Source of the DNA: Catajapyx aquilonaris
Lineage: Eukaryota
Length of the DNA: 32,624 bases
Direction of reading: 5' to 3'
NCBI GenBank assembly: GCA_000934665.2
Contig: KZ538236.1
Coordinates: 62,001 to 94,624 of the forward strand
The notes under the pieces were generated by a model. That model was not told where the DNA came from. It made no database searches and saw only the letters and a list, made by a program, of their open reading frames with translations. Shown here piece after piece: positions 20,090 to 32,530 of this stretch; position 1 is the stretch's first letter; the number at the start of each line of letters is the position of its first letter. The position numbers and the translations under genes were made by a program.

Positions 20090-21301
20090 ATGGCAGACAG
20101 CAGCAAGAAGCTGGAGGAGGCCCTGGAGCACATCAGGACTGCTGAGAAAAGGTCAGGAGGTTAAGCCAGGTCAGGTCGAGCGTAATCAACAAACTGACAT
20201 GTCCGCAGCTTGAAGACGGGGCTGTTGAAATGGAAGTCTGAATTTGGCTTGGCGGCGGATGAGTACAACGCGGCTGCTACGTGCTTCCGCAGCGTCAAGT
20301 CGTACCAGCAGTGTAAGGAGTGTCTGCTCAAAGCGGCCGATTGCTACAGGCAGAACAGGTCGCTCTTCTCCGCAGCCAAGTGAGTATGCAACATGCGTGT
20401 TCAACCGCAGTCATGTAACGCTCCCCCCGTTGCGCTTACAGGTGCTTGGAACAGGCTTGCTTGGTTTGCAAGGACATGAACGACCTGAAGGAGATTGGGA
20501 ATCTGGCCAACCGTGCTTGCCAGATGTACCAGGAGCATGGATCGCCCGACACCGGAGCAATCTCTCTGGACAAATGCGCTAAGATGATCGAGACCCAGTA
20601 CCCCGAGACGGCTCTCCAGCTGTACAAGCGAGCAGCCGACGTTGTTTCAGTACGTTCGCACCCAATATGTACACATGCAGTGTTTAAAAACGGTGCGATA
20701 TTTCAGATTGAAGACAGGCCTCGCCAGGCTGCGGAGTATGTGTGCAAGGTATCCCGGATTCTGGTGAAGCTGCAGATGTACGACCAGGCTGCCGACTCGA
20801 TCCGGCGTGAGATCGGATTGCACCAGACATCCGAGAACCTCCCGTTCATCGGACGACTGACTGTGGCGCTGGTGCTAGTCCAGCTTGCTAGGGGCGACTA
20901 CGTGGCTGCCGAAAAGGCCTTCCGAGAGCTCGGAAACTACTGCGAAGTCGAGGAGGTACATCCGCCTTTTTGATAACACGTTGCGATTCCAACTAATTGT
21001 TGCATCGCAGGTCCAAACGTTGGAGCAGCTGCTGCAAGGGTACGACGAGGAGGATCCGGATCAGGCCAGACGCGCCCTTCACAGCCCGTTTATCCGACAT
21101 ATGGATGTGGAGTATTCCCGGCTGGCTCGTGACCTCCCGCTGCCCGCCGGGATATCGCAACCGCTGAAGCCTTCAGTGCGGGAGAATGCGGCTCCCAGTT
21201 ACGTGTCGCCCAGTGCAGCCGCAAAGGGCCAAGGAGCCGCCGAGGGAGGCCAGCCAGCCGACGGGGGCGACGATGAAGACGAAGATAATGGGCTGTGCTA
21301 G
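20090..21301 (+). CDS. NAPG: gamma-soluble NSF attachment protein (gamma-SNAP), 326 aa, 5 exons
   Basis: Exons 20090-20151, 20209-20379, 20442-20649, 20707-20955, 21011-21301 (981 nt). KLEEALEHIRTAEKSLKTGLLKWK...AADEY..AATCF; EHGSPDTGAISLDKCAKMIE; LEQLLQGYDEED; SPFIRHMDVEYSRLARDL; acidic tail ending GLC*. Confidence 0.95.
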
Positions 21302-22920
21302 TCCGCAACATCTCAAACTCTTTTACTCTCGCAAGAGGTCAAATCGGTGTCCTTTCTGTTCATGTGTCAGCAGGTTGTTTAGATCTAAAAAAAAAAAAAA
21401 AGGTGGGTTCCCACCATGCAGGGCGTCAGCCGAATCCGAGTGTAAATATGAGATAACACCAAGCTGTGATGTACTTGCGGGCGACGCCTTGCAACGTGCT
21501 GTGTACATAAGGTGCACTGAATTGCAGGGGGACGGCCCCTCTTTTCGTTCCAAAGGCTTACTTGTTGACACCGATCCGCCAAGTAGGTCACAATTTATTT
21601 GGAAAACTAATTAGCAGAACAACCCACACCTTTTCCTCCCCCCGTCGAAAAAAAAAGAAATAAAATATATATCGTTAACTGTGTGCACCGACATCTGATT
21701 TTTAACTGAAAGACCTGCCGAGGTGTTGTCCGTTCTAATTATTGCGTCTCTGATCTGCAAATAAATCAGGTCGAAACATTATTTTTTCAGGAAATAAATT
21801 CATTACGAGGTGGATACAGTTACATGTTTGCTGCCAGACACAATCACAATTTTTTTCCGCTTTTCAGTTTTCGCATGCAAGGACTGTTTTTTTAAAATTA
21901 CAAAATCAATCATTGTACTTATTAATTGGCGGGATTACCCACTGGACACAACAGCATCAGGAGGGGGGGAACAGTAATCTCTAGATATGTTTCGGTGACC
22001 ACAAACATCGTTATTTACATGCACAGTAATTACCCTGTACACAATGTGACCACATAACTAACGACATGCAATTAATACAGAAAATTGTACAGAGGCAAGA
22101 AAAATAATTATTCTTTTAAAAAAGTTGAGCCAAAAACTAAATAAACCGCTTAATATTTTCATTGTTCGCACAATAAAAATTTTTTTTTGAAAGTTCGTTA
22201 ACGATTGGCTTTTGAGGACATGAAAGTGAAGGCACGTCAGACATTTAAAACTTTTCTAGGAATGCAAGAAACTGTAAAAAATATTTGGATGATTTACCAT
22301 TCACATTGAGCCAAGCTATACATATATATTTTTTTGTTTACAATTGTCATGTAATCACAAACATTGCCCTTTTAAACACCGACCATGTTGCACGTTCAAA
22401 AAATATAGCTACTAGCTCCCGGACTTTTAAAAAGCAGAAAATACGATTCATTGGGATTTAATAACGGACCGAAAAATGTCTCTACGTCTAGATCTGCCGA
22501 CCTATGAGAAGATAAAACAGGCTACGTCAACTAACACCTGGTTCCACGAATCTTTTTTTAAGTGACCAATCGAGGGTCGATCAATAATAATCGTACGCGT
22601 AAGAACGCATTTTCTCTAGCTGAAGATTGGTGGAACTGGGTCGCAATTTTAGCTCGCTGGGTACGTTTGCTTGCTGGTCCTTTCTGCATTTTACGCAAGG
22701 GTAATGTCGCCTGTGACCTCAAGTTTGCGGTGAGGGACCCTTGACAAACAAGCCAATGTTTCACTCTCTGATTGACATTACTGCAATTATCCGCATGTGA
22801 CATGCTTGCTTTGTAATGAAACGTGTGTCTTTCTGATCAGACACACTCGGCTTGAAACAACAAGCCTGACTTGTACTGTCAACAAATTTCTTGCCTCTGT
22901 ATCGCTCAAAGCTGATCAGG

Positions 22921-24166
22921 TCACACAGAACTCGTCTTGGGCAAGCTTCGAGAGCGGAACTCCTCATCAGTCGATCCCTCTTTACTGCCACCCCCTCTTT
23001 CCGCGCTCCCTCCTCCACTACTCCCAGCCCCGTCGTGCTTGTGGTGGTACTGCTGGAAACATGGCACGATACACAGATTGGTCTTGCACTCGGGACAGCA
23101 GTACTTGGTCTTCCGCCTCAGTATTCTCCCGTGGTCGTCGATGGTGTTCCAGCAGAAATTGCAGCCCAGTGCTGGACCTTGTCGCAACACAGGGCAGTGA
23201 CCCGACCTCTGAAGCGACTCTGCTGACTCGGTTGACCTTTGGTGCTGCAAGGTGGGAACCGGTGAGGGTGACGGAGACCGTGCAGGTGCAGGTGAAGGGT
23301 GAGGTACGGTTGTGACAACCACAGAGGACGAAAGGTCCTCCGACTTTGGTCTGATGTGGGCCAGCGGTTTCGGAGTGGTTAAGGTGGTTACAGACGGAGT
23401 TGGGGCTGCAGATGAAGATGGGTTGTCAGCCGAGACCACACGGACCAGTGGGAAGTGCTCGATCACAATAGAGGGGCTGCGCTCTCGCATGGGCGTGTCG
23501 GGACTACTGGTGACACTACTGGTCGTGGCTGGCACAACTCGCACCTGAAGCGGAAGCTTGCTCATTCCCTGCAAGACGAAGTTAATTAACAGTCAGCTAC
23601 GGCCGATTCATTTCCAGCCCATACCTGTGCTAGCTGAAAAGTGGGCTGGGTCTGTGCTAGCTGAATGTGGGGTAACGACGGCTGCGAGTGCTGCCTCTGC
23701 ACCATGGTTGCTCCGGACGCTGACGTGGCTGCGACTACAGAAGCTGCGCTTGAAGGCAGAGGCTGCGACCTCTGCTTCTGCAACGTGGCGGTGTGGGTGG
23801 CCGGAACTCCACTGGTGGGCACAACCAAGTAGGACGGGGATCTCCCTTGACTGGATGAAGGTCCTCCGCTTGTGGTGGTGGTGACAACAACACTGGGGCC
23901 CAAGGGAAGTAAGGGCGGAGGTGTTGGGGTTCGACGGGCAGACATCGGAGGTTCTGAGAGATGTCGTTCGATTCGTGGCGGGGCTGTCAGCAGGTGAGTT
24001 GTTGAAGAAGACGACGGAGAGGACGATGGGGACGAAGGACCGATTGAGAAAGAAGGAGGGTCGTCCAAGGATGAGGTGGTCATGAGAGAGTGGGCCATCT
24101 CGCTCTCTTTCTTGATACGTGGCTGCCGAATCAGGGTGCGGCCTCGCTTCGAACGCAACAAGGAAC
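22921..24166 (-). CDS. BtbVII: BTB gene alternative terminal exons C1 and C2: S/T/P-rich linker plus piggyBac-like cysteine-rich zinc finger (isoform about 675 aa)
   Basis: C1 24166-23625 (acceptor TTCCATGCAG| phase 1, donor CAG|GTATGG), C2 23568-22921. HCPVLRQGPALGCNFCWNTIDDHGRILRRKTKYCCPECKTNLCIVPCFQQYH. C1 has no ATG of its own near the start and fits the common exons' phase. Confidence 0.8.
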
Positions 24167-25299
24167 CTGCATGGAATCACGGAAAGTGCATGGGAACATT
24201 TCCACAAAAAACTGTTTATGATGACTAATTTATTAACTTGCAATGACAAAAGCGCATTTCTTATACGGAAGCTCACTCAAGGGAAGAAAAAAATGTCACA
24301 CCAGCATAGTCCGATGCTTCACGTTATCCTGAGATACATTCATTTCGCAACTCACGTCTCTAAAAGAACGTCACACACCTGATGATTATCTTGGGCTTTC
24401 CAATACTGATTTGATCAGCCAACCAGGTTATTTAAAAAATGCATAGCTCTTCAAAACAAAATAATATAAAAACAATCAATCTACATAGCTCCCAGCATTT
24501 AATAAGTGGTGCTCCACATAATAATTGTCATTTTGAACAAGCACAGTTATAAATTAAATTACGGCGTCCCTACAAAATAGGCATGTCATGTTCAAACTAG
24601 TTCAAACCCTCCTCTGTTATGTCAACAAGAATAAAGGAGGCCTGTATAGCAACGTCGGCTGCTTGTTCACGCAACAATTGAACCAGTGCGGCAGTTATGA
24701 ATTTGCATAAATCCAATTTGCATAATGTCAGAGCTATTCAGAATGTACAAGATATTACTCGTAACAAGCTCGTCACTAATTTTGAAAATAAATCAAGCGT
24801 ACTCGCTGCCTTGTAAATGTTACTTTCGACAGCACAACAATGCGACCAAACGCAGTTTTCTCTCCTCATGCACCGAGGCATTACCAGTATAGTCATGAAC
24901 GGCCGCGATGACTTGGCATCATTGAGGTAATAAAACCTGAATAAAAAGTTGCATTAACTTTCCTTGAGGACAAAATGGCTTCACTTTCACGATTGCATAT
25001 AATTGCATTCTCTTACTTTATCTGTCAATGAACTTGCTCAGGTTGCAATATTTTTCCGCAATAATTTACGCTATGGCACTGGGTATAATAAACATGTTAA
25101 ACATTTTTAAAAACCCTTTCAGACGAACACTGTTGGGGAAATTTCAACACCTGAAAGGAGCCTTTTCTTGGTGGTTTTTGACAATAGCACCAAGGCTTCA
25201 CTGGAGAACATGTTCCAGCAAATTCTCATAGAACATTTTTCCATTGCGACCAACACACAAATGTCATCATTTCACCTGCACCGCTCACGTGCGCACGGA

Positions 25300-25691
25300 T
25301 CATGAGTTAGAAGCCATCTGCGAGTGGAAGAACCTCCTGAGCTGTTCTTGCGGCAGGTTGGAGTTGACCAACCCCACGTATCTCCAAAGAGTGGACGTCG
25401 GCACCTGGTAGCTCCTTGCCGCCTGCATCACATTGGTCCTTTCCATCCACACCAGCGTTAAAGCCGCAAGCATGTTTCCGCTCAGCTCCCTTCCGTGCAC
25501 CATCAGCTTCATTCCCGAGGACGTAGGGACGAGGCAGGCTTGCGGTGGGACTTGCTTGATTCGGTTGTAGGCCCGCTTTGGTGCGTACGTGCTGGCAGCG
25601 GTCGGCTTGGAGGAGGAGGAGGAGGAACGCCCCTTTGGCAAACGGGCTGGGTCGCGTACCACCCCGCACTGGGTGCTCATTTCCCCCCACC
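25300..25691 (-). CDS. BtbVII: BTB gene alternative terminal exon B: second, divergent Pipsqueak-type HTH (isoform about 409 aa)
   Basis: Acceptor TCCTCCTCCCCACACAG| in phase 1; GWGEMSTQ...SGNMLAALTLVWMERTNVMQAARSYQVPTSTLWRYV fits Psq/HTH pattern M..AL..V......V..AA..Y.VP.STL.RY; GC-rich island in AT-rich DNA. Confidence 0.75.
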
Positions 25692-27035
25692 CTGTGTGGG
25701 GAGGAGGACACACGGCTCAGTCCCTGTCTGTTCTCCCTATTCCCTAGCGTTCACAAGCCCTATTGCAAAAACATGTCACAAAGCAGTTGAGCATAACGAA
25801 GGAGAGAAAAAAAAGTACGTTGCTTCTCAATTATTACTGACGCATGGTCAGATCACATAGAAAAAGTCCACCTTTGCAAAAATTCGCCATATGCAAAAAC
25901 GTATCGCTATGTAACGCAGCTGATACACGTACGCTTTTGCATACCCACACGATATATTAAGAACTCGCTATCTATCAATACAATACTCTGCACAAGGTGA
26001 TTATATTTACATGCAAACCTATCCGTATCTCGTGAGTGTCAAGCCACAGTACTTAATTAATAAATAGCCATGCACCATAAAATTATGTGGCCCAACACAC
26101 TGAATTTGCAAACATACACACTAATTTACATTTACCTTCTTTTTTCTTTTTTAAACTACAATTTAAATTAATAACTGCTTTCTATAATGTGACCTGAATA
26201 CTGTTAGGCGGTTATTACAATTACAAACAATGCCCCCAGCTATGTACACGATGCACAAAGTTTCCACCTGCTTAAAATTTTACTGGCTTGCAATAAAAAT
26301 TAAAAAATTAAACCAGGGAGATGAAAAGTTTGAAAATCTATTCCGACTGAAACTGTTGTATAGTTGAGGTGTACCTGAGTGGCTGGTATTTATTATTTTT
26401 TTAAATTTATTTATTTTTTAATTGTTTGTACTCTACGGGGCCTGAGGTGAACAAACTTTGCTTGGAGTGGGAGCCACTCCAGTGTTAATATTGAGGTAGA
26501 GGAGGCCTGGGGATCCTTCCCATCCTTGTGACCATGGTCGTACAACAAACAACTACCTCTCTAAATACGACTAAAACGCTCTCAGGGATGTGGCACTTGG
26601 ATCTCGTTAGCAATAATTAAAATGCTCACCAAAGGCAGGACGACAGGTAAATTACATGCGACTAGAATATACTTTTCACTACAAGTGTGCACACTCGTAT
26701 GGCTGCAAAACTGCTCTTTTAAGTTAATACTGTAACACTGGCTTTAAAATGCTAGTGATTGCTGAAAGCGTTATCCTAAAATTAAAAAATAGCCGCAATC
26801 ACCGGACAAATGCGTCTGAACCTGAAGATGTCGCAAACACCTGCAGAATATTGTACTTGGAAGTATCTGAACCGTCACAGCAAATCATATTTAAAAAAAG
26901 GACCAACCTACGGTAAGGAAGTTGTAAAATCGCAGTTCGAGAGAAGCACAAAATAAGACTCCTTACAAAAGTAGAGATTCTAGCTTTGCCATTTCACAGT
27001 TCTGCAATAATTTGATCAACACTCACATTTAATTA

Positions 27036-27157
27036 CCGTATTTGACGGCGTATACGACCCCCATTTCAGCAGATCATATTCAGTTTAAAAAGAGTACGCA
27101 TTGTATTATCGCATGTAAGAGCCATTTTTCGAGGAACAAATACGCCATCAAATACAG
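27036..27157. mobile_element. 122-bp degenerate MITE with CCGTATTT ends (Tc2-like)
   Basis: CCGTATTTGACGGCGTAT and ATACGCCATCAAATACAG are inverted repeats (16/18); TA on the left, TG on the right. Confidence 0.6.
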
Positions 27158-27467
27158 TGGACACCTTTTTTTTCAATGTTGCACTACTTGCACCCTCTCT
27201 CGGTGGGTATGAAAGTAGCACAGTTTAAGTAATTAATCCCGCACAACCTAAAAATGCACCACCTACGAAGCGATGCGTCTTGAACTTTTACTACAGTTCA
27301 GCACCGCCTGCCTCTCTTTGCCACATCCCTGCAATTTTCAAGAAGGCCTGTTTCGCTAAGAATGGCCACCTTCAGCGCAATGAAAGGAAAAAGAAACATT
27401 TGACTGGCCACATCCAAACTAGGGCAAGCAAACACAACCCCCATTTTTCTCTCTCTCTCAAGAGCAC

Positions 27468-28213
27468 CTAGTTTGAGTAGAGACTAGCCACATCCGAGTA
27501 TGGGAGCAGGACCTCTGAAGCGGATGCCTCTGCCCCTGCCCCTTCCCCACCGCCGGACTCTCCTCCGCCTACCCCTTCGCCCTTAACCTTGGGCACCTCG
27601 GCCACTGCCAGTGAGCTCTCAAGAGCCCTCATAATGTCGTCCAGCCTCGCTCCTCCCCCTCCTCCCCAAACCCCCTGCTGCTGTTGCTGCTGTTGTTGCT
27701 GCTGCTGCGGCTGGACAGGCCCTGCGGTTGCCACACCGGCCTCCTCCCTCCTCCTGATGCTGGCCCTGGTGACGGGATACCCCCTCTTGCGGTACTCCAG
27801 CCACAAGGTGCGGCTGTTGACCCCGAAGATCCTGGCCGCCTTGCAAAACCCAATCCCTCCAGACCTCACCGCTTCCAAGGCGCGAAGGAAATTCTCGTCC
27901 GACAGCGGGTTGGTCCGCTTGCGGCGCTGGGGCTGGGACTGTGGTGCGGGTGGGGTGGAATGAGGGCTTGGGGTTAAGGGAAGGGGCGGCTGTTGCATTG
28001 GGTTGAGGGCAGAGGTCAACTGTGGGGTGGTATCGCTTGTGCCGGTGGATGTGACAGTCACAGTTGAGGTCTGGGATGGATTTGTGGAGGTCGAGGGTGG
28101 GTCGAATTTTAGGTGTTGCAAGTGGTGGTGGTGGTGGTAGTAATCGGACAGCCCGTAGGTGGTGGGGGAGGGGCCCATGCCAGAGTAGCCGGGCCTCACC
28201 AGCCACTGAAACC
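27468..28213 (-). CDS. BtbVII: BTB gene alternative terminal exon A: Pipsqueak-type HTH, poly-His and poly-Gln (isoform about 527 aa)
   Basis: Acceptor TTGCTTTTTATAG| in phase 1; GFQWLVRPGY...RRKRTNPLSDENFLRALEAVRSGGIGFCKAARIFGVNSRTLWLEYRKRGYP; stop at 27468. Confidence 0.85.
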
Positions 28214-28639
28214 CTATAAAAAAGCAAGGGGAAAGAAGAGGAAAAAAGAGTGCGGCTCGAATCAGAAATCAATTTATGCAAAGAAATAAAGGGGAGGCCA
28301 GGGCTTTTGGGCCACACTCGTTTTTTTTTTTAAAAAAGCTTTTTAATCATGAAGCTAACATGGCATGGGCCACTTAATTGCAATTAACAAGAATATCCCC
28401 CACCACACAACAGGCAGTCCGGCACAAAAAAGGTTCAAGTGGGTTGTATTAGGACAAACAAGGATTTCCTGACCTCGCCACTAACACTCAGAGTTTGCTC
28501 ACTAAATTTCCCTTGAGTTTCTTTTTTTTTTTTTTTTGCTCCCTAAAGTAACCGGTGTGCAGTGTTTGAACATATGTCAAAAAGTGAACGCTTGTTCCTA
28601 CACCACAGCTGTTTTTTTTTTTTCAAATTTACGCCTTAC

Positions 28640-29833
28640 CTGGGGTTGGACTGGGTGAAGCAGCCGAACCTGCGTTGACCTCCTTGATAGCCGGGGTCTC
28701 TAGGGACGCCTGGATAAAAAAGAAGCAAGCGCAAGGTAAAGAATATGCTTCCACTCCCATTACAAACGCTGCACAAGCCGCAAGAAATAACCAAAGTTTA
28801 ATATGAAGCATGATTACTTCGCCCGATGCTTCTTATCACTCTTTGGTACTCTTAACTAATACACATATTTGTCTTGACACTCACGTTAGGTGTGGTCTTG
28901 TCTTCAGTTGCACTTTCCAGCGACCCATCCCGATGCTCCGAATCTAGACTCCTCTCGTGTGATGTTACCTCCGACCCATCATGAGATACATTTAGAGGTT
29001 CCGCCTTGATTATGAGTGTTGAATTATTCTCCTGCACCTCGCATGAAGTCTCATTGTTGTTGCGTTCTGCGGATTAAGTCAGATTAATTAGTACGTGTGG
29101 CGTACATGTGACATGGTGTCATACCGGCAGAGCTGGACCGACTTCCGGTTGAGGACTTTCTGATCCTCTTTCTAGAGGTGGGTGATCCGCACGGAGAAGG
29201 GCTTCTGCGGCTCCCCTCGACTCCTGACTCCTGTCCGATGGTATCGGAGCGTGCGGAACCCCAAGAGAGCTGGTGTGTCACCGAATCATGGGAAGACTCC
29301 AGGGAGGATCCCTGCCTCTCACTAAGTTTGGATTTCATCACCGGGAGACTTTCCTCAGGAACTTCAGCAAGACCCTTGATCTTCAACATCTCGGCCGTCT
29401 ACAAATGCCATGGGAAATCAAATTATAACGTTACTTCTTTCAATGCTAGGTCGTAACTTACCTTCAAGACATTGCTGAGTTGCTCCTGGGTTACATTGAC
29501 CTCTCCGTAATACATGAAGTCCACCACTGTTTGCAGATCCTTATACTTCACATCCTTGAGAATCACAATCGGATGCTGGCAGGGGTTGATGGCAAATAGG
29601 TTCTGCAAAATGATGTGCGTAAGGACACCGCTTGACAATTAATCAATCACGAGGCCACTGACCTGGAAGTATGAGCTGCAGGCAGAGAGAACGACCTTAT
29701 GCGCCTGGACATGTTTCCCCTCCGCAGCTAAAGTGACGTCCACTAGTGACTTGCTGTTAAGGAGGCTCGCAAACACGGACACAAAGTTGGGCTGGTGGTT
29801 GTTCCACCTCAGGCAGAACTGTTGGCTGGCCAT
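28640..29833 (-). CDS. BtbVII: BTB/POZ (tramtrack-group) transcription factor, common exons; BTB-protein-VII-like
   Basis: Exons 29833-29663, 29602-29462, 29398-29125, 29066-28885, 28709-28640 (838 nt, ends in phase 1 at CAG|GTAAGG). QQFCLRWNNHQPNFVSVFASLL...LVDVTLAAEG...QAHKVVLSACSSYFQNLFAINPCQHPIVILKDV...VDFMYYGEVNV.QEQL..VLKTAEMLKIKGLAE matches my recollection of Drosophila BtbVII. The BTB call is firm; the orthology is from memory. Confidence 0.85.
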
Positions 29834-31000
29834 CTTCGCACTCTTGTGACCTCACCTAATGAACCCCGAGAGAGAAACAATCACTAACCAGAGCACACAA
29901 AAAAAGTGTCAATCCAAAATTAATTTGGGCACGAGTTTGTTGTGCAAACAAGTTTATCGCAGGGAGCACTACTAATCAGGGTGATTGACGTTCCTCGGAG
30001 GGATTGTTCCTTTTTTTTTTTTTTGGAGGGGGGGNTCATTGGTTGGACCCGTGTGTGTCCCTCCCTCCCTCCCTGTCCTGATGGCCAATCGTTATTGCCA
30101 GCATCCTGACGGCAATCCTCATTTGTGAGCATTTACAAGTCAATGCCATTCGGCCTCCCCTCTTTTTATTTCCCTAACAGGTTACCATGCTCCCTACCGG
30201 TTTTCATGCATACTCCAAGTAGATTGATAAATAACAAGCTCTTATTCGCAAAAAATGGGCAACAAAACTGCTGGGACATGACTACTGCAATTATAATCAC
30301 AATGATATGTGCCGAGTACAACAGGGTTAAGTTATTTAAGGTAAGCCGACCAATAGTTTAACGCGGGTCAAGCGCGACTGGAGCATCAAAACACCAAAAA
30401 TCAGTGTGACGTACAATCCCTAACATGTGATCAGCTATCATGCTGAATGGTTTTTGTTCACATCTTGATCTATTCTTGTGCAGCAATGAGGTTAAGTACA
30501 CTGATTAATACACCCAGGGATGCACCAGCTAAAGTGAAGGGTTATCACAAGTGCAAACTCGAAATAGATTAGACTTGACAAAATTATTACATGACAATTT
30601 TGCCGAAGAATATTTGCCACTAGCTGAGGTTCCTACTTGCAGTTGGGTGCTCCCTGGTTGGGTTTCACCAACCTGGTCGAAGTTTAGAACCTCGGACAAG
30701 AATTGTTGTAGCAACCATTGTTGACGACAATCAAGAGGAAGGCTTTCCCGAAAAGAAACTCGGATTTTTGTAATGTAACCTGCTCGGTGAAACAATTATT
30801 CAGTAAAACCCGTAGGTATTGAGAAGCTCTCTCTTACGTTCAATTAAGGTTCATGTGTGAGCTAACAATTGCAGCAAGGCACATTTTTGATGTACAGTAA
30901 CAAAGCGTACGTTCTGAGCATGCTGAAATACTATTGGAAAAAAAAAATTCCCATAACTATTTTATCATAGAACACTCAGCATGATTGCAAGGCTTTCGGT

Positions 31001-31310
31001 ATGTGATTTATCGTGCAACGGCTTCGGCTTTATCTCCATCAGCAAATTGACTCTTTGTTATTACAGCATTGCCATTTTAGAAATCTAAATACGTTTACAA
31101 TTTATTTAAAAATATTATTTGTCTAGAAATACATGAAGCTATAATTGTTATTTCACGTGATTTATTGTGCAACGGCTTCAGCTTTATCTCTGTCGGCAAA
31201 TAGACGCTGTTGTTATTGCCATTCAAAAATCTGCCATGATTCAATATGTCTACAAAATTAATTTCAAATAATTATTTGTCTAGAAATACATGAAGCTATA
31301 TTTAATATTT
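31001..31310. repeat. Diverged tandem duplication, two units of about 155 bp
   Basis: GTGATTTAT.GTGCAACGGCTTC.GCTTTATCTC at 31003 and 31157; ATTATTTGTCTAGAAATACATGAAGCTATA at 31114 and 31271. Confidence 0.85.
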
Positions 31311-31700
31311 GACACCCTTGCACTAACACCGTCCGCAATTACTTAGTAGAAAAACCCAGCAAGTTCCCATCTTCATGACATGTAGGCACGAATACACGAA
31401 TGTGAATTACCTCCAAGCGTTCAATGATTTCGCTGCAACCCTGTCATGAACGTCCAGTACTGAATGCCATGTAATGTATACGCTACCATAAAATGACGCA
31501 CAAGTCATACGCGTAACTGCCTGTGCATCGCATGTTAGAGGCACCAACGTCCTGTACTGGCACAACCGCAGTGCCCTGCATAAATGTCAAGCCAAGTGCA
31601 CAATAAGGCACTTGACCCCATTGGCCTTTCTGGAACATTGCTCTGGCTGGATGTCACCCCCCCACCCATAATAAGGACCCACTGTCCACCATGTACTTAC

Positions 31701-32170
31701 TGTCAGTGCGACACTGCGGGCAGGCCCCAGGGGCGAGCAGAGAGACGTCAGCAGAGAGAGACTTCCTTCAGCAGCGGTCTGTTCCTTTTTTTCTCTCTCT
31801 CTCTCTCTCTCTCTGCCTGTGTTCCACAACCTCCCGTGACCTCCCGACCGATTCGAACACCTCCACAACCCCCCTCCTCCTCCTCCTCCCTCACTATTTT
31901 TTTATCTCCTTGTCTGTCTTCCTCCTTTTTTTCCCCCCTCCCCCACTAATATATTTTCCACCGACCACCGTGCCAAAGGTCCTCGTAGTACTCTTCGTGG
32001 GCCTCCCTTTTTTTTTTTTTTTTTGTAAAGAACCCTCCTGCAAAGTCCTCCTCCTCGTCCACCACCACTTTTAATGTTCCAGCACCCTCCCTCCCCCGAA
32101 ATCCCCACAAAACATGGGAGCCGCTCGGGGGGGTGACGTCACACGATACGCTCAGCATGTGACGTCATTC
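31701..32170 (-). promoter_or_regulatory. Probable non-coding first exon and promoter of the BTB gene
   Basis: Strong minus-strand donor GACA|GTAAGT at 31700 and an acceptor at 29856-58 just upstream of the ATG; (GA)n tract near 31792-31814; two perfect CRE palindromes TGACGTCA at 32134 and 32160. Confidence 0.5.
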
Positions 32171-32530
32171 ACACCCACCCACCCACCCACTCTGGATGGG
32201 AGGAGGAGGAGGAGGGGGCAAAGGGGGAGGGGTGGACAGGGATACCAACCGAACGGTGGCAAAAATGGGAGCAAATAAAAAAATTTGGCGAATTTTGTTG
32301 GCACCACTGCTTCACTTCCTGGTTTCAAAAAATGTGCTCTTGATGATGCATGATATTATTCCGGGCACTTATTCTGGAACCAGTTCTTCACGCGGGGTGT
32401 AACATATAGGCACGACATTTGCATGCGATTGGGTATGAACATTTACTCTTGGTATGAATAATTGATTTAAAAAAATAATGGGTACAAAATTGATATGAAA
32501 TGAGTATAAAATTAGCATGAAATTGGTATC

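Noticed and set aside
23608..24276. 222-aa minus-strand ORF overlapping exon C1, and the 232-aa ORF 27619-28317 overlapping exon A
   Set aside because: Alternative frames of GC-rich exons, not in phase with the common exons and lacking recognisable motifs.
26390..26580. Possible LINE 3' fragment (T-rich tail and small hairpin), similarly near 17370-17620
   Set aside because: No coding remnant or second copy in the window to support a call.
26785..26840. Further phase-1 acceptors (near 26841 and 25151) as extra BTB terminal exons
   Set aside because: They open only about 10-20 codons with no domain in AT-rich DNA; indistinguishable from chance.
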